The notes below the pieces were generated by a model that saw nothing but the letters and a program-made list of their open reading frames with translations, was not told where the DNA came from and did not search any database. The position numbers were made by a program, and so were the translations under genes. DNA of 23,312 nt from a virus (Duplodnaviria; Heunggongvirae; Uroviricota; Caudoviricetes). Where the stretch lies: the IMG/VR virus record IMGVR_UViG_2541047726_000007, one strand, 5' to 3'. Of this stretch, positions 9,929 through 18,269 are shown piece after piece (position 1 is the stretch's first letter; each line of letters begins with the position of its first letter).

Positions 9929-10510
9929 ATGAACAACTCATGGTGGCAGGAACTAATGCATTTTTTCCTGCAAGGAATGACACTTAAACAGTTGATTCAT
10001 ATGCTAATCATCCTGATCATATTGATTATTGTTATGCCGGTAAGCGTAAAAGAATGGATAAACCTGCATAGTCCAGAAATCCTTCCTCATTACTGGATGT
10101 ATTACATCCTGTTGTTTTGCGTTAGCTATGTGCTTAACGGCGTTGTTAATTCCGCTTATCACGCTGTGACTGAAAGAATTGAGGTATTCGCTGCTCAGAA
10201 GCGCAAATCTAAAGAAGAAAAATATGTGCAAGATTTGTTTGATTCGTTAACTCTTGGAGAAAGAGCGTATTTGGCATTCGCTGTAGCCGCTAATAACCAG
10301 CTACAAACGGAAAAGGGCGCTCATGAATCAATTTCATTGCTCAAAAAAGGACTCCTCGTTCGAAGGCCTCCTGCTGTTGGATATCCTGATACCGACCGTT
10401 TCGTTATCCCTGAAAGCTATAGACATGAGTGCTACATTAGGTTTGCCGGGAAGGCAGACAGCCTTATGGATGAACTTATCGCTCAGGATAAGCATGGCAA
10501 AAACAAGTAA
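9929..10510 (+). CDS. sieB: Superinfection exclusion protein B (membrane protein)
   Basis: 193-aa product with hydrophobic N-terminal helices, lambda SieB-like; transcribed opposite to the pL operon as in lambda. Confidence 0.85.
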   Translation: MNNSWWQELMHFFLQGMTLKQLIHMLIILIILIIVMPVSVKEWINLHSPEILPHYWMYYILLFCVSYVLNGVVNSAYHAVTERIEVFAAQKRKSKEEKYVQDLFDSLTLGERAYLAFAVAANNQLQTEKGAHESISLLKKGLLVRRPPAVGYPDTDRFVIPESYRHECYIRFAGKADSLMDELIAQDKHGKNK

Positions 10511-10526
10511 TTAGCAAATGAATTTA

Positions 10527-10799
10527 TCATCTCGCCGTCAGTTGTTTTGATTTCCGGTAGCCTGCCGCGTAAAGAGCTACGTTCGGAAGACAAGTTGAAC
10601 CTTCATATTTTCTGGTCAACGTTGTCAGAGTTATCACTTCTGCTCTCATTGCTGGTTTGAGCTTGCATTGCAAGACCACTCGTGAAGGGGTTGGCCTGTG
10701 TAGCTTGTCGGAGCTGATCGCCTCCTGACTTTGCAGATTTGCGCGACGAGCTCTACGGCGAGAAGCTGCGGTGCCTTTAAATTCTGTTTTTCTGGACAT
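10527..10799 (-). CDS. N: N-like transcription antiterminator (90 aa) with an arginine-rich motif, not lambda N
   Basis: N-terminal GTAASRRRARRA motif; first gene downstream of pL/nutL; GGAGG site before the ATG at 10797-10799. Confidence 0.7.
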   Translation of the reverse strand: MSRKTEFKGTAASRRRARRANLQSQEAISSDKLHRPTPSRVVLQCKLKPAMRAEVITLTTLTRKYEGSTCLPNVALYAAGYRKSKQLTAR

Positions 10800-10824
10800 G
10801 GATTCCTCCCGAATAAACTTTGGC

Positions 10825-10871
10825 GATGCAATCTCGAAGCTCCTCCTGAGACGGTTGCTTCGGCATTGCAT
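10825..10871 (-). promoter_or_regulatory. Long imperfect hairpin in the N leader (candidate RNase III site / translational control element)
   Basis: 15-nt arms GATGCAATCTCGAAG and CTTCGGCATTGCATC (2 mismatches) separated by 17 nt, 26 nt upstream of the N start. Confidence 0.4.
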
Positions 10872-10897
10872 CCCACAGCTTATGTGGTTGGGTGATC

Positions 10898-10942
10898 TGG
10901 CTTTTCAGCCACGTAGTCGAGAGTCGACGTTGTTTAAAGAGC
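10898..10942 (-). promoter_or_regulatory. nutL candidate: boxA (GCTCTTTAA), spacer hairpin, boxB (UGGCU-GAAA-AGCCA)
   Basis: boxA-like nonamer and a GAAA-loop hairpin on the minus strand between pL and N; same architecture as the nutR candidate. Confidence 0.5.
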
Positions 10943-10984
10943 CTGCCAGTCTGTTCCATTTGGCTTCCAGCGTCCTGCTGACGG

Positions 10985-11020
10985 TTAAATAGTACGATAT
11001 GTACTTTACAAGATCAATAC
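10985..11020 (-). promoter_or_regulatory. pL/oL candidate (TTGATC-17-TACTAT with an embedded AGTACATATCGTACT palindrome)
   Basis: Sigma-70-like hexamers about 36 nt upstream of boxA; the palindrome resembles motifs in the cI-cro intergenic region. Confidence 0.35.
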
Positions 11021-11199
11021 AATTTGTTGTAAGTTGGCGTGGTTTTTTATAACGCTTTGTATTTAATAGTGTTGTTTTTTAGCGTGGATGTATTGCCTCG
11101 GCGATGTAAGGAGAGATCAGAATTGCGTGGTTTAGTGGGTTGCATCTATTTATTTTTCAATAAATATAATTGGTTATGTGTTTTTAGGTGGGCGAACGT

Positions 11200-11232
11200 G
11201 AGGCAAAGAAAACCCGGCGCTGAGGCCGGGTT
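11200..11232 (-). terminator. Intrinsic terminator ending the cI-geneA-geneB operon
   Basis: Perfect 8-bp stem AACCCGGC/GCCGGGTT with a 6-nt loop, followed on the minus strand by UUUUCUUUG, 3 nt after the gene B stop. Confidence 0.7.
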
Positions 11233-11235
11233 GTA

Positions 11236-11988
11236 TTATGCTGCAAGTCTCTTAACCCAAGTCTCTCTTTTGGAGAATGGTAGAACTTGGCTTGATTCAT
11301 GGAAGAGTAAGGAGAGTTGTTGCATTTGATCACCAATTGCTTCGCTGTCTATAACAACAAATCTGTTGTTATACTCCTCACTTGAAGCTTTAAGATCAAT
11401 TAGTTTCCCAAGCAATGAGTAAGCACTATTCCAGCTTCCTCCGTGTTTCACGCTTGATGTAAAAACGTATTTAGGTATGTCGGTTTTTATTGTTACAGGG
11501 ACGGTAATTTGATGTCCACTCAAGCCATATACGTTTTCACGAAGAGAAAGTGCGTCTCTAAGCTCTGTGTGATATAGATAATCAATAACCATACTTTCAA
11601 ACTTTTCAGCTTGAACTGGCTGATACCAGTCTAACGACAAAGTTGATGCGAGTATACCAGCTCTAATTATGTTCGATGTAATCGCACCGACATCCTTTTC
11701 TGTTGCCCAAGCAATGATTTCTCCTCGAGCATTGAGTTCTGCGCCTTCTTTAAGCAGTAATTGTCGTATCTCATCAAGTCGTTTTTTGGTAAGCGAGATC
11801 CCTCTTGCCTCCATATTCATTAAGGCATCGCATCTGTCACTAACTAAATACCTACCATTGACTTCACGGATAAAGGCACCGACATGCTCTCCATCATCAC
11901 AGTAAGTGAATGGACTGATAATTCTCAAGGTCTTGCCTATTGGATGGCATTCGAAACCTAGTTGTGAGATCACTGTTGAGCACATCAT
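11236..11988 (-). CDS. Hypothetical protein, rex-position cassette gene B (250 aa)
   Basis: Long ORF whose ATG overlaps the gene A stop (ATGA); AT-rich; no transmembrane segments evident. Confidence 0.7.
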   Translation of the reverse strand: MMCSTVISQLGFECHPIGKTLRIISPFTYCDDGEHVGAFIREVNGRYLVSDRCDALMNMEARGISLTKKRLDEIRQLLLKEGAELNARGEIIAWATEKDVGAITSNIIRAGILASTLSLDWYQPVQAEKFESMVIDYLYHTELRDALSLRENVYGLSGHQITVPVTIKTDIPKYVFTSSVKHGGSWNSAYSLLGKLIDLKASSEEYNNRFVVIDSEAIGDQMQQLSLLFHESSQVLPFSKRETWVKRLAA

Positions 11989-12542
11989 ATTCCAAACCCC
12001 ATTTGCCCCGACTCATCTTCAAGCGGTAAAGGTATTCTCCCAGAGTAAGTTATGTTCAGATGTTTACAGAAGTAATTCCAATACCCTACCAGGTCATCTG
12101 GGTTTATGTCATCTTCGATTGGAAACGCTATTCTATCACTATAGTATCCAGCTTCTTCATAGTATACATGGTAGTGAGCACCGTAAATGATATCTTGGTA
12201 CTTCGGATGATCGACCTTGTAACTATTCGTGTGTTTGTCAAAGTGATAGGTATCTACCGCGAAAACCCTCTTGTTATGATAGAAAGCAATAATATTTATT
12301 TTAGGGTAAGAAATCGGGTCATCAGGTTCTGAATCCTGATCTGGTTTCCATTTCAGTTCAAACTTTAGCCCTTGTATAGGTATACAATCCTCATCCAAGG
12401 GGATGATATGGGCTTGTAGCCACATATCAGAGCGACTTGGTTTCTGTTTCCATTTAACGCCAGAAAAGTTAACTATTTTTTTACAATAAAGTACTTTATC
12501 AACTTCTACTTGGCTTGGCTGATAATCATCTATTTTTGCCAA
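11985..12542 (-). CDS. Hypothetical protein, rex-position cassette gene A (185 aa; TTG start, uncertain)
   Basis: ORF 39 nt downstream of cI; AT-rich; Tyr/His/Asp-rich, no recognisable motif. Confidence 0.6.
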   Translation of the reverse strand: MAKIDDYQPSQVEVDKVLYCKKIVNFSGVKWKQKPSRSDMWLQAHIIPLDEDCIPIQGLKFELKWKPDQDSEPDDPISYPKINIIAFYHNKRVFAVDTYHFDKHTNSYKVDHPKYQDIIYGAHYHVYYEEAGYYSDRIAFPIEDDINPDDLVGYWNYFCKHLNITYSGRIPLPLEDESGQMGFGI

Positions 12543-12581
12543 TGTTTACCGCCCTGTAAATTGTAGATAAAAGTGGTTTCA

Positions 12582-13235
12582 TCACCCAAACGTCTCTTCA
12601 GGCCATTGGCTGGCGATAACTTTCCCCACAACGGAACAACTCTCATTGCATGGGATCATTGGGTATTGTGGGTTTAGTGGCTGTAGAAACACCTGACCGC
12701 TATCCCTGATCAGTTTCTTGAAGGTAAATTCATCACCACCAAGTCTGGCTATGCAGAAATCGCCGGGCTCAACAGCTTGCTCAGGGTCAACCAGAATTAA
12801 CATCCCGTCAGGAAAGCTGGGTTTGGAACCTGTTGGTGCGGTCATTGAGTTACCTTCAACCTCAAGCCAGAATGCAGAGTCACTGGCTTTTTTGGTTGTG
12901 CTTACCAATCTCTCCGCATCGCCTTTGGTAAAGGTTCTGAGTTCTGGAGAGAACATCCCAGCCTGAACATGAGAAAAAACAGGGTACTCATATTGTTTTT
13001 TAACTGGGGCCGATGAGTATTCGCCAACAGGTGAAAATGTCCCGTCGTGGTTGAATGATATGTTATCAATACCAAGGTATTTAAACACCACACCAATATC
13101 ACTAAGAGATGGATGACGAGATCCGCGCAACCAGTGTCCAATCCCACCCTGCGTCATACCTAGCTCTTCGGCTAACTTCTCTTGAGTTATGCCGAGCTCT
13201 TTCATTCTGGATCTAGCCAGTTCATACCATTTCAT
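12582..13235 (-). CDS. cI: CI repressor, chimeric: lambda-type C-terminal domain with a non-lambda HTH N-terminal domain
   Basis: C-terminal about 130 aa match remembered lambda cI ([13 protein letters not shown]...[10 protein letters not shown]); the N-terminus differs; start taken as ATG 13233-13235 (an ATG two codons upstream is also possible). Confidence 0.85.
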   Translation of the reverse strand: MKWYELARSRMKELGITQEKLAEELGMTQGGIGHWLRGSRHPSLSDIGVVFKYLGIDNISFNHDGTFSPVGEYSSAPVKKQYEYPVFSHVQAGMFSPELRTFTKGDAERLVSTTKKASDSAFWLEVEGNSMTAPTGSKPSFPDGMLILVDPEQAVEPGDFCIARLGGDEFTFKKLIRDSGQVFLQPLNPQYPMIPCNESCSVVGKVIASQWPEETFG

Positions 13236-13352
13236 TTTCATGTCCTTATTATTACGCTCTGTACTGGAACCATCCATGCACAATGTGTATTTTTACTTGT
13301 ATTCGCAAAGTACATATTGTATTTTTTTATTCGTGTTTACTATGGAGGGCAT
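13236..13352. promoter_or_regulatory. Divergent pRM/pR operator-promoter region (oR candidate)
   Basis: AT-rich 117-bp spacer between divergent cI and cro with several imperfect palindromes containing GTAC/TGTA half-sites. Confidence 0.5.
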
Positions 13353-13568
13353 ATGAGCAACCTACGAAAATATCGAGAGTCACTGAATATCTCTCAAACA
13401 ACACTTGCTAAGGCAGTTGGATGCACACAGGGAGCTATCGGACATTGGGAATCTGGTCGTCGCTTCCCAGACCTTAAAACATGCCGTGCTCTTGTTGCGT
13501 GCCTAAACAAGTTAGGCGCAAAAGTCAGTCTTGATGACGTGTTCCCGCCGGAACACAAAGCCGCTTAA
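13353..13568 (+). CDS. cro: Cro-like HTH repressor (71 aa), non-lambda
   Basis: HTH motif (QTTLAKAVGCTQGAIGHWESG); GGAGGG site before the ATG; divergent from cI. Confidence 0.8.
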   Translation: MSNLRKYRESLNISQTTLAKAVGCTQGAIGHWESGRRFPDLKTCRALVACLNKLGAKVSLDDVFPPEHKAA

Positions 13569-13578
13569 TAAGCGGATC

Positions 13579-13624
13579 CGCTCTTTGTAACAACGGACAT
13601 TCGTCCTACGTCGCTGAAAAGCGA
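13579..13624 (+). promoter_or_regulatory. nutR candidate: boxA (CGCTCTTTG), spacer hairpin, boxB (UCGCU-GAAA-AGCGA)
   Basis: Located just after the cro stop; mirrors the nutL candidate. Confidence 0.5.
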
Positions 13625-13709
13625 GTTCCAAGATATCTGACCAACTAAGGCCATATGCGTTTCCACGCATACCTTTCAACTAACTATTCACTATTGGAAA
13701 TCTTAAGAA

Positions 13710-14006
13710 ATGGAAAGAACAAGTTACAGCAAACTATCACAGCGTGACGTTGATCGCGCAGAAACAGATTTACTTATCAATCTGTCAGCTATTACCCAGC
13801 GCGGTCTGGCAAAGATGATTGGCTGTCATGAATCGAAGATAAGCAGAACGGACTGGAGATTTATTGCTTCGGTCTTGTGTGCTTTCGGAATGGCATCAGA
13901 CATCAGTCCGATTAGCAGGGCTTTTAAGTATGCGCTTGATGGACTCACCAATAAAAAACGCCCGGCGGCAACCGAGCGTTCTGAACAAATCCAGATGGAA
14001 TTCTGA
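13710..14006 (+). CDS. cII: CII transcriptional activator, chimeric: lambda-like C-terminus, divergent N-terminus
   Basis: The C-terminal TNKKRPAATERSEQIQMEF matches lambda CII. Confidence 0.75.
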   Translation: MERTSYSKLSQRDVDRAETDLLINLSAITQRGLAKMIGCHESKISRTDWRFIASVLCAFGMASDISPISRAFKYALDGLTNKKRPAATERSEQIQMEF

Positions 14007-14028
14007 GGTCATTACTGGATCAATCCAC
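13952..14028 (-). ncRNA. oop: OOP antisense RNA (about 77 nt) with its terminator
   Basis: Minus strand reads ...GTTGCCGCCGGGCGTTTTTTAT, matching the remembered lambda oop 3' end; antisense to the cII 3' end. Confidence 0.55.
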
Positions 14029-14038
14029 AGGAGTCATT

Positions 14039-14938
14039 ATGACAAATACAGCAAAAATACTCAACTTCTGCAGAGGTAACTTTGCCAAACAGGAGCGTAA
14101 TGTGGCAGATCTCGATGATGGTTACGCCAGACTATCAAATATGCTGCTTGAGGCTTATTCAGGCGCAGATCTGACCAAGCGACAGTTTAAAGTGCTGCTT
14201 GCCATTCTGCGTAAAACCTATGGATGGAATAAACCAATGGACAGAATCACCGATTCTCAACTTAGCGAGATTACAAAGTTACCCGTCAAACGGTGCAATG
14301 AAGCCAAGTTAGAACTCGTCAGAATGAATATTATCAAGCAGCAAGGCGGCATGTTTGGACCAAATAAAAACATCTCAGAATGGTGTATCCCTCAAAACGA
14401 GGGAAAATCCCCTAAAACGAGGGATAAAACATCCCTCAAATTGGGGGATTGCTATCCCTCAAAACAGGGGGACACAAAAGACACTATTACAAAAGAAAAA
14501 AGAAAAGATTATTCGTCAGAGAATTCTGGCGAATCCTCTGACCAGCCAGAAAACGACCTTTCTGTGGTGAAACCGGATGCTGCAATTCAGAGCGGCAGCA
14601 AGTGGGGGACAGCAGAAGACCTGACCGCCGCAGAATGGATGTTTGACATGGTGAAGACCATCGCGCCATCAGCCAGAAAACCGAATTTTGCAGGGTGGGC
14701 TAACGATATCCGCCTGATGCGTGAACGTGACGGACGTAACCATCGCGACATGTGTGTACTGTTCCGCTGGGCATGCCAGGACAACTTCTGGTCCGGTAAC
14801 GTGCTGAGCCCGGCCAAACTCCGCGACAAGTGGACCCAGCTCGAAATCAACCGTAACAAGCAACAGGCAGGTGTGACAGCCTGCAAACCAAAACTCGACC
14901 TGACAAACACTGACTGGATTTACGGGGTGGATTTATGA
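14039..14938 (+). CDS. O: Replication initiator O
   Basis: 299-aa lambda O-like product with the ori iterons inside the gene. Confidence 0.9.
   Translation: MTNTAKILNFCRGNFAKQERNVADLDDGYARLSNMLLEAYSGADLTKRQFKVLLAILRKTYGWNKPMDRITDSQLSEITKLPVKRCNEAKLELVRMNIIKQQGGMFGPNKNISEWCIPQNEGKSPKTRDKTSLKLGDCYPSKQGDTKDTITKEKRKDYSSENSGESSDQPENDLSVVKPDAAIQSGSKWGTAEDLTAAEWMFDMVKTIAPSARKPNFAGWANDIRLMRERDGRNHRDMCVLFRWACQDNFWSGNVLSPAKLRDKWTQLEINRNKQQAGVTACKPKLDLTNTDWIYGVDL
14386..14515. repeat. Replication origin: four iterons (ATCCCTCAAAACGAGGGA-like) plus an adjacent A/T-rich segment
   Basis: Four direct repeats of an about 18-bp inverted-repeat unit at 14386-14471, followed by ACAAAAGACACTATTACAAAAGAAAAAAGAAAAG. 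Confidence 0.85.
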
Positions 14939-15636
14939 AAAACATCGCCGCACAGATGGTTAATTTTGACCGTGAGCAGATGCGTCGGATCGCCAACAAC
15001 ATGCCGGAACAGTACGACGAAAAGCCGCAGGTACAGCAGGTAGCGCAGATCATCAACGGTGTGTTCAGCCAGTTACTGGCAACTTTCCCGGCGAGTCTGG
15101 CTAACCGTGACCAGAACGAACTGAACGAAATCCGCCGCCAGTGGGTTCTGGCTTTCCGGGAAAACGGGATCACCACAATGGAACAGGTTAACGCAGGAAT
15201 GCGCGTAGCCCGTCGGCAGAATCGACCATTTCTGCCATCACCCGGGCAGTTTGTTGCATGGTGCCGGGAAGAAGCATCCGTTATCGCCGGACTGCCAAAC
15301 GTCAGCGAGCTGGTTGATATGGTTTACGAGTATTGCCGGAAGCGAGGCCTGTATCCGGATGCAGAGTCTTATCCGTGGAAATCGAACGCGCACTACTGGC
15401 TGGTTACCAACCTGTACCAGAACATGCGGGCCAATGCGCTGACTGACGCGGAATTACGACGCAAGGCTGCCGATGAACTGACCTGTATGACAGCGCGAAT
15501 TAACCGTGGTGAGACGATACCTGAACCAGTAAAACAACTTCCTGTCATGGGCGGCAGACCTCTAAATCGTGTTCAGGCGCTGGCGAAGATCGCAGAAATT
15601 AAAGCTAAGTTAGGACTGAAAGGAGCAAGTGTATGA
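14935..15636 (+). CDS. P: Replication protein P (DnaB helicase loader)
   Basis: 233-aa lambda P-like product; overlaps the O stop. Confidence 0.9.
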   Translation: MKNIAAQMVNFDREQMRRIANNMPEQYDEKPQVQQVAQIINGVFSQLLATFPASLANRDQNELNEIRRQWVLAFRENGITTMEQVNAGMRVARRQNRPFLPSPGQFVAWCREEASVIAGLPNVSELVDMVYEYCRKRGLYPDAESYPWKSNAHYWLVTNLYQNMRANALTDAELRRKAADELTCMTARINRGETIPEPVKQLPVMGGRPLNRVQALAKIAEIKAKLGLKGASV

Positions 15637-15923
15637 CGGGCAAAGAGGCAATTATTCATTACCTGGGGACGCATAATAGCTTCTGTGCGCCGGACGTTGC
15701 CGCGCTAACAGGCGCAACAGTAACCAGCATAAATCAGGCCGCGGCTAAAATGGCACGGGCAGGTCTTCTGGTTATCGAAGGTAAGGTCTGGCGAACGGTG
15801 TATTACCGGTTTGCTACCAAGGAAGAACGGGAAGGAAAGATGAGCACGAACCTGATTTTTAAGGAGTGTCGCCAGAGTGCCACGATGAAACGGATATTGG
15901 CGGTATATGGAGTTAAAAGATGA
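15633..15923 (+). CDS. ren: Ren (rex exclusion protection), 96 aa
   Basis: Lambda Ren-like sequence and position. Confidence 0.8.
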   Translation: MTGKEAIIHYLGTHNSFCAPDVAALTGATVTSINQAAAKMARAGLLVIEGKVWRTVYYRFATKEEREGKMSTNLIFKECRQSATMKRILAVYGVKR

Positions 15924-15948
15924 CCATCTACATCACTGAGCTAATAAC

Positions 15949-15976
15949 AGGCCTGCAGGTAATCGCAGGCCTTTTT
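15949..15976 (+). terminator. Intrinsic terminator between ren and ninB (tR2-like)
   Basis: 8-bp stem AGGCCTGC/GCAGGCCT with an 8-nt loop, followed by TTTTTATTT. Confidence 0.7.
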
Positions 15977-15996
15977 ATTTGGGGGAGAGGGAAGTC

Positions 15997-16437
15997 ATGA
16001 AAAAACTAACCTTTGAAATTCGATCTCCGGCACATCAGCAAAACGCTATTCACGCAGTACAGCAAATCCTTCCAGACCCAACCAAACCAATCGTAGTAAC
16101 CATTCAGGAACGCAACCGCAGCTTAGACCAAAACAGGAAGCTATGGGCCTGCTTAGGTGACGTCTCTCGTCAGGTTGAATGGCATGGTCGCTGGCTGGAT
16201 GCAGAAAGCTGGAAGTGTGTGTTTACCGCAGCATTAAAGCAGCAGGATGTTGTTCCTAACCTTGCCGGGAATGGCTTTGTGGTAATAGGCCAGTCAACCA
16301 GCAGGATGCGTGTAAGCGAATTTGCGGAGCTATTAGAGCTTATACAGGCATTCGGTACAGAGCGTGGCGTTAAGTGGTCAGACGAAGCGCGACTGGCTCT
16401 CGAATGGAAAGCGCGATGGGGAGATCGGGCTGCATGA
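15997..16437 (+). CDS. ninB: NinB (Orf recombination mediator), 146 aa
   Basis: MKKLTFEIRSPAHQQNAIHAVQQILPDPTKPIVVTIQERNRSLDQNRKLWA... is lambda NinB-like. Confidence 0.85.
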   Translation: MKKLTFEIRSPAHQQNAIHAVQQILPDPTKPIVVTIQERNRSLDQNRKLWACLGDVSRQVEWHGRWLDAESWKCVFTAALKQQDVVPNLAGNGFVVIGQSTSRMRVSEFAELLELIQAFGTERGVKWSDEARLALEWKARWGDRAA

Positions 16438-16961
16438 CTATCAAATCAAATACGCCAGCACACGACAAGGACTGCTGGCAAACGCCGCTTTGGCTTTTTG
16501 ATGCACTGGATATTGAGTTTGGATTCTGGCTGGATTCGGCAGCGAGCGACAAAAATGCTCTGTGCGCTCACTGGCTAACTGAGGACGACGACGCGCTCAA
16601 TTCTGAGTGGGTAAGCCACGGTGCAATCTGGAATAACCCACCGTACAGCAATATCAGGCCGTGGGTGGAAAAAGCCGCTGAGCAGTGTATACAACAGCGA
16701 CAGACGGTAGTGATGCTTGTGCCAGAGGATATGTCTGTCGGATGGTTCAGCAAGGCTCTGGAGAGTGTTGACGAAGTTCGTATTATCACTGATGGACGGA
16801 TTAATTTTATCGAACCATCGACAGGGCTGGAGAAGAAGGGAAACAGCAAAGGCTCCATGCTGCTGATTTGGCGACCGTTCATCAGTCCTCGACGGATGTT
16901 TACTACCGTATCCAAAGCGGCATTGATGGCGATCGGGCAGGGCGTCAGGAGGGCTGCATGA
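16434..16961 (+). CDS. Orphan DNA N6-adenine methyltransferase (phage Dam-like), 175 aa
   Basis: NPPY catalytic motif ([10 protein letters not shown]); ATGA overlaps with ninB and ninE. Confidence 0.75.
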   Translation: MTIKSNTPAHDKDCWQTPLWLFDALDIEFGFWLDSAASDKNALCAHWLTEDDDALNSEWVSHGAIWNNPPYSNIRPWVEKAAEQCIQQRQTVVMLVPEDMSVGWFSKALESVDEVRIITDGRINFIEPSTGLEKKGNSKGSMLLIWRPFISPRRMFTTVSKAALMAIGQGVRRAA

Positions 16962-17134
16962 GACGACAGCGACGAAGCATCACCGACATAATCTGCGAAA
17001 ACTGCAAATACCTTCCAACGAAACGCTCCAGAAATAAACGCAAGCTAATCCCAAAAGAATCTGACGTAAAAACCTTCAATTACACAGCCCACCTGTGGGA
17101 TATCCGGTGGCTAAGATATCGTGCGAGGAAATGA
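16958..17134 (+). CDS. ninE: NinE, 58 aa
   Basis: [23 protein letters not shown]...[13 protein letters not shown] is lambda/DLP12 NinE-like. Confidence 0.75.
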   Translation: MRRQRRSITDIICENCKYLPTKRSRNKRKLIPKESDVKTFNYTAHLWDIRWLRYRARK

Positions 17135-17478
17135 CAATGGATTATTCACAGTTAAGTGATTTTGAAATTAACAGAATGGTAGGAGACATAATTTTTAAAG
17201 GCCTTTGGGCAAGTAAACCGGAAACATCAGGGAATAACACCAACAAATGGTATTACGGAAATGCTGATACAACTTTTGAGCCATTAAATCATTTGCCTGA
17301 CTACTGCAATGATCCGAGCGCTTCATGGCCGATTATTGAGAAATACAGGATTTCTATCTTAGACCAGTTAACTGAATGGTGTGTGGATGCAAAAGGCGTA
17401 AGCCCAATATTTGATACCAGACCTCTCCGCGCCGCCATGATTGTCTTTCTCCTGATGCAGGAGGCCAATAATGCTTAG
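17131..17478 (+). CDS. Hypothetical nin-region protein (115 aa)
   Basis: ATGA overlap with ninE; GAGGAA ribosome-binding site. Confidence 0.6.
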   Translation: MTMDYSQLSDFEINRMVGDIIFKGLWASKPETSGNNTNKWYYGNADTTFEPLNHLPDYCNDPSASWPIIEKYRISILDQLTEWCVDAKGVSPIFDTRPLRAAMIVFLLMQEANNA

Positions 17479-17665
17479 CCCATCTCAATCCCTTCAATAC
17501 CTGAAAGAAAGCATAGAGCGGGCTTCAATGTGCACAGAGTGGATTCTATCTAGGTTTAGCGCATACAGAAGATTGCCGGTAAAGGGCATGCCAAGCAAGT
17601 CGATGCTGCATATGCAAAAGAATGCGCGCTGGAAGGTATGGCGAGAACACAGGTTATGTGGCTGA
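17471..17665 (+). CDS. NinF-like small protein (64 aa; N-terminus NinF-like, C-terminus divergent)
   Basis: N-terminal [10 protein letters not shown] matches remembered NinF; the rest does not. Confidence 0.45.
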   Translation: MLSPSQSLQYLKESIERASMCTEWILSRFSAYRRLPVKGMPSKSMLHMQKNARWKVWREHRLCG

Positions 17666-17684
17666 AAGAGGGGGTTATTAAGGC

Positions 17685-18047
17685 GTGAATACCTACAGCA
17701 TCACATTACCCTGGCCTCCGAGCAATAATCGCTATTACCGCCATAATCGCGGGCGCACGCACGTCAGCGCAGAGGGGCAGGCATACCGCGATAACGTCGC
17801 CCGAATCATTAAAAACGCAATGCTGGATATCGGCCTGGCTATGCCTGTGAAAATCCGCATTGAGTGCCACATGCCGGATCGCCGTCGCCGTGACCTGGAT
17901 AATCTGCAAAAAGCCGCTTTTGACGCACTCACTAAAGCAGGTTTCTGGCTGGATGATGCTCAGGTCGTTGATTACCGCGTTGTGAAGATGCCTGTTACCA
18001 AAGGTGGGAGGCTGGAACTGACCATCACCGAAATGGGGAATGAATGA
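17685..18047 (+). CDS. rusA: Holliday junction resolvase RusA
   Basis: 120-aa product matching remembered E. coli DLP12 RusA. Confidence 0.9.
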   Translation: MNTYSITLPWPPSNNRYYRHNRGRTHVSAEGQAYRDNVARIIKNAMLDIGLAMPVKIRIECHMPDRRRRDLDNLQKAAFDALTKAGFWLDDAQVVDYRVVKMPVTKGGRLELTITEMGNE

Positions 18048-18184
18048 TGTTTGAGTTTAATATGGCAGAACTTCTTCGCCACCGCTGGGGGCGTCTGCGC
18101 TTATATCGTTTCCTCGGTTCTGTTTTGACCGATTACCGAATACTGAAGAATTACGCCAAAACCCTGACAGGAACAGGAGTATGA
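18044..18184 (+). CDS. Small protein in the ylcG position (46 aa)
   Basis: [23 protein letters not shown]...; ATG overlaps the rusA stop; below the ORF-track cut-off. Confidence 0.5.
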   Translation: MMFEFNMAELLRHRWGRLRLYRFLGSVLTDYRILKNYAKTLTGTGV

Positions 18185-18269
18185 AGTCAGAGATAACAAT
18201 CAACTAATACTGTTTTGTTGATTTTTGCTTGTAATTGGCGTTCTGGTCTGATTTTTGTGGAGTAAGTTG

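Noticed and set aside
11039-11329. 96-aa plus-strand ORF between N and the rex-position cassette
   Set aside because: It spans the pL/oL candidate region and the operon terminator hairpin and has no convincing start context; likely non-coding.
14355-14910. Several plus- and minus-strand ORFs overlapping the O gene and iteron region
   Set aside because: Alternate-frame artefacts of the O coding region and repeats.
16568-16915. 115-aa minus-strand ORF inside the methyltransferase gene
   Set aside because: Antisense to a gene with a clear catalytic motif and coupled neighbours.
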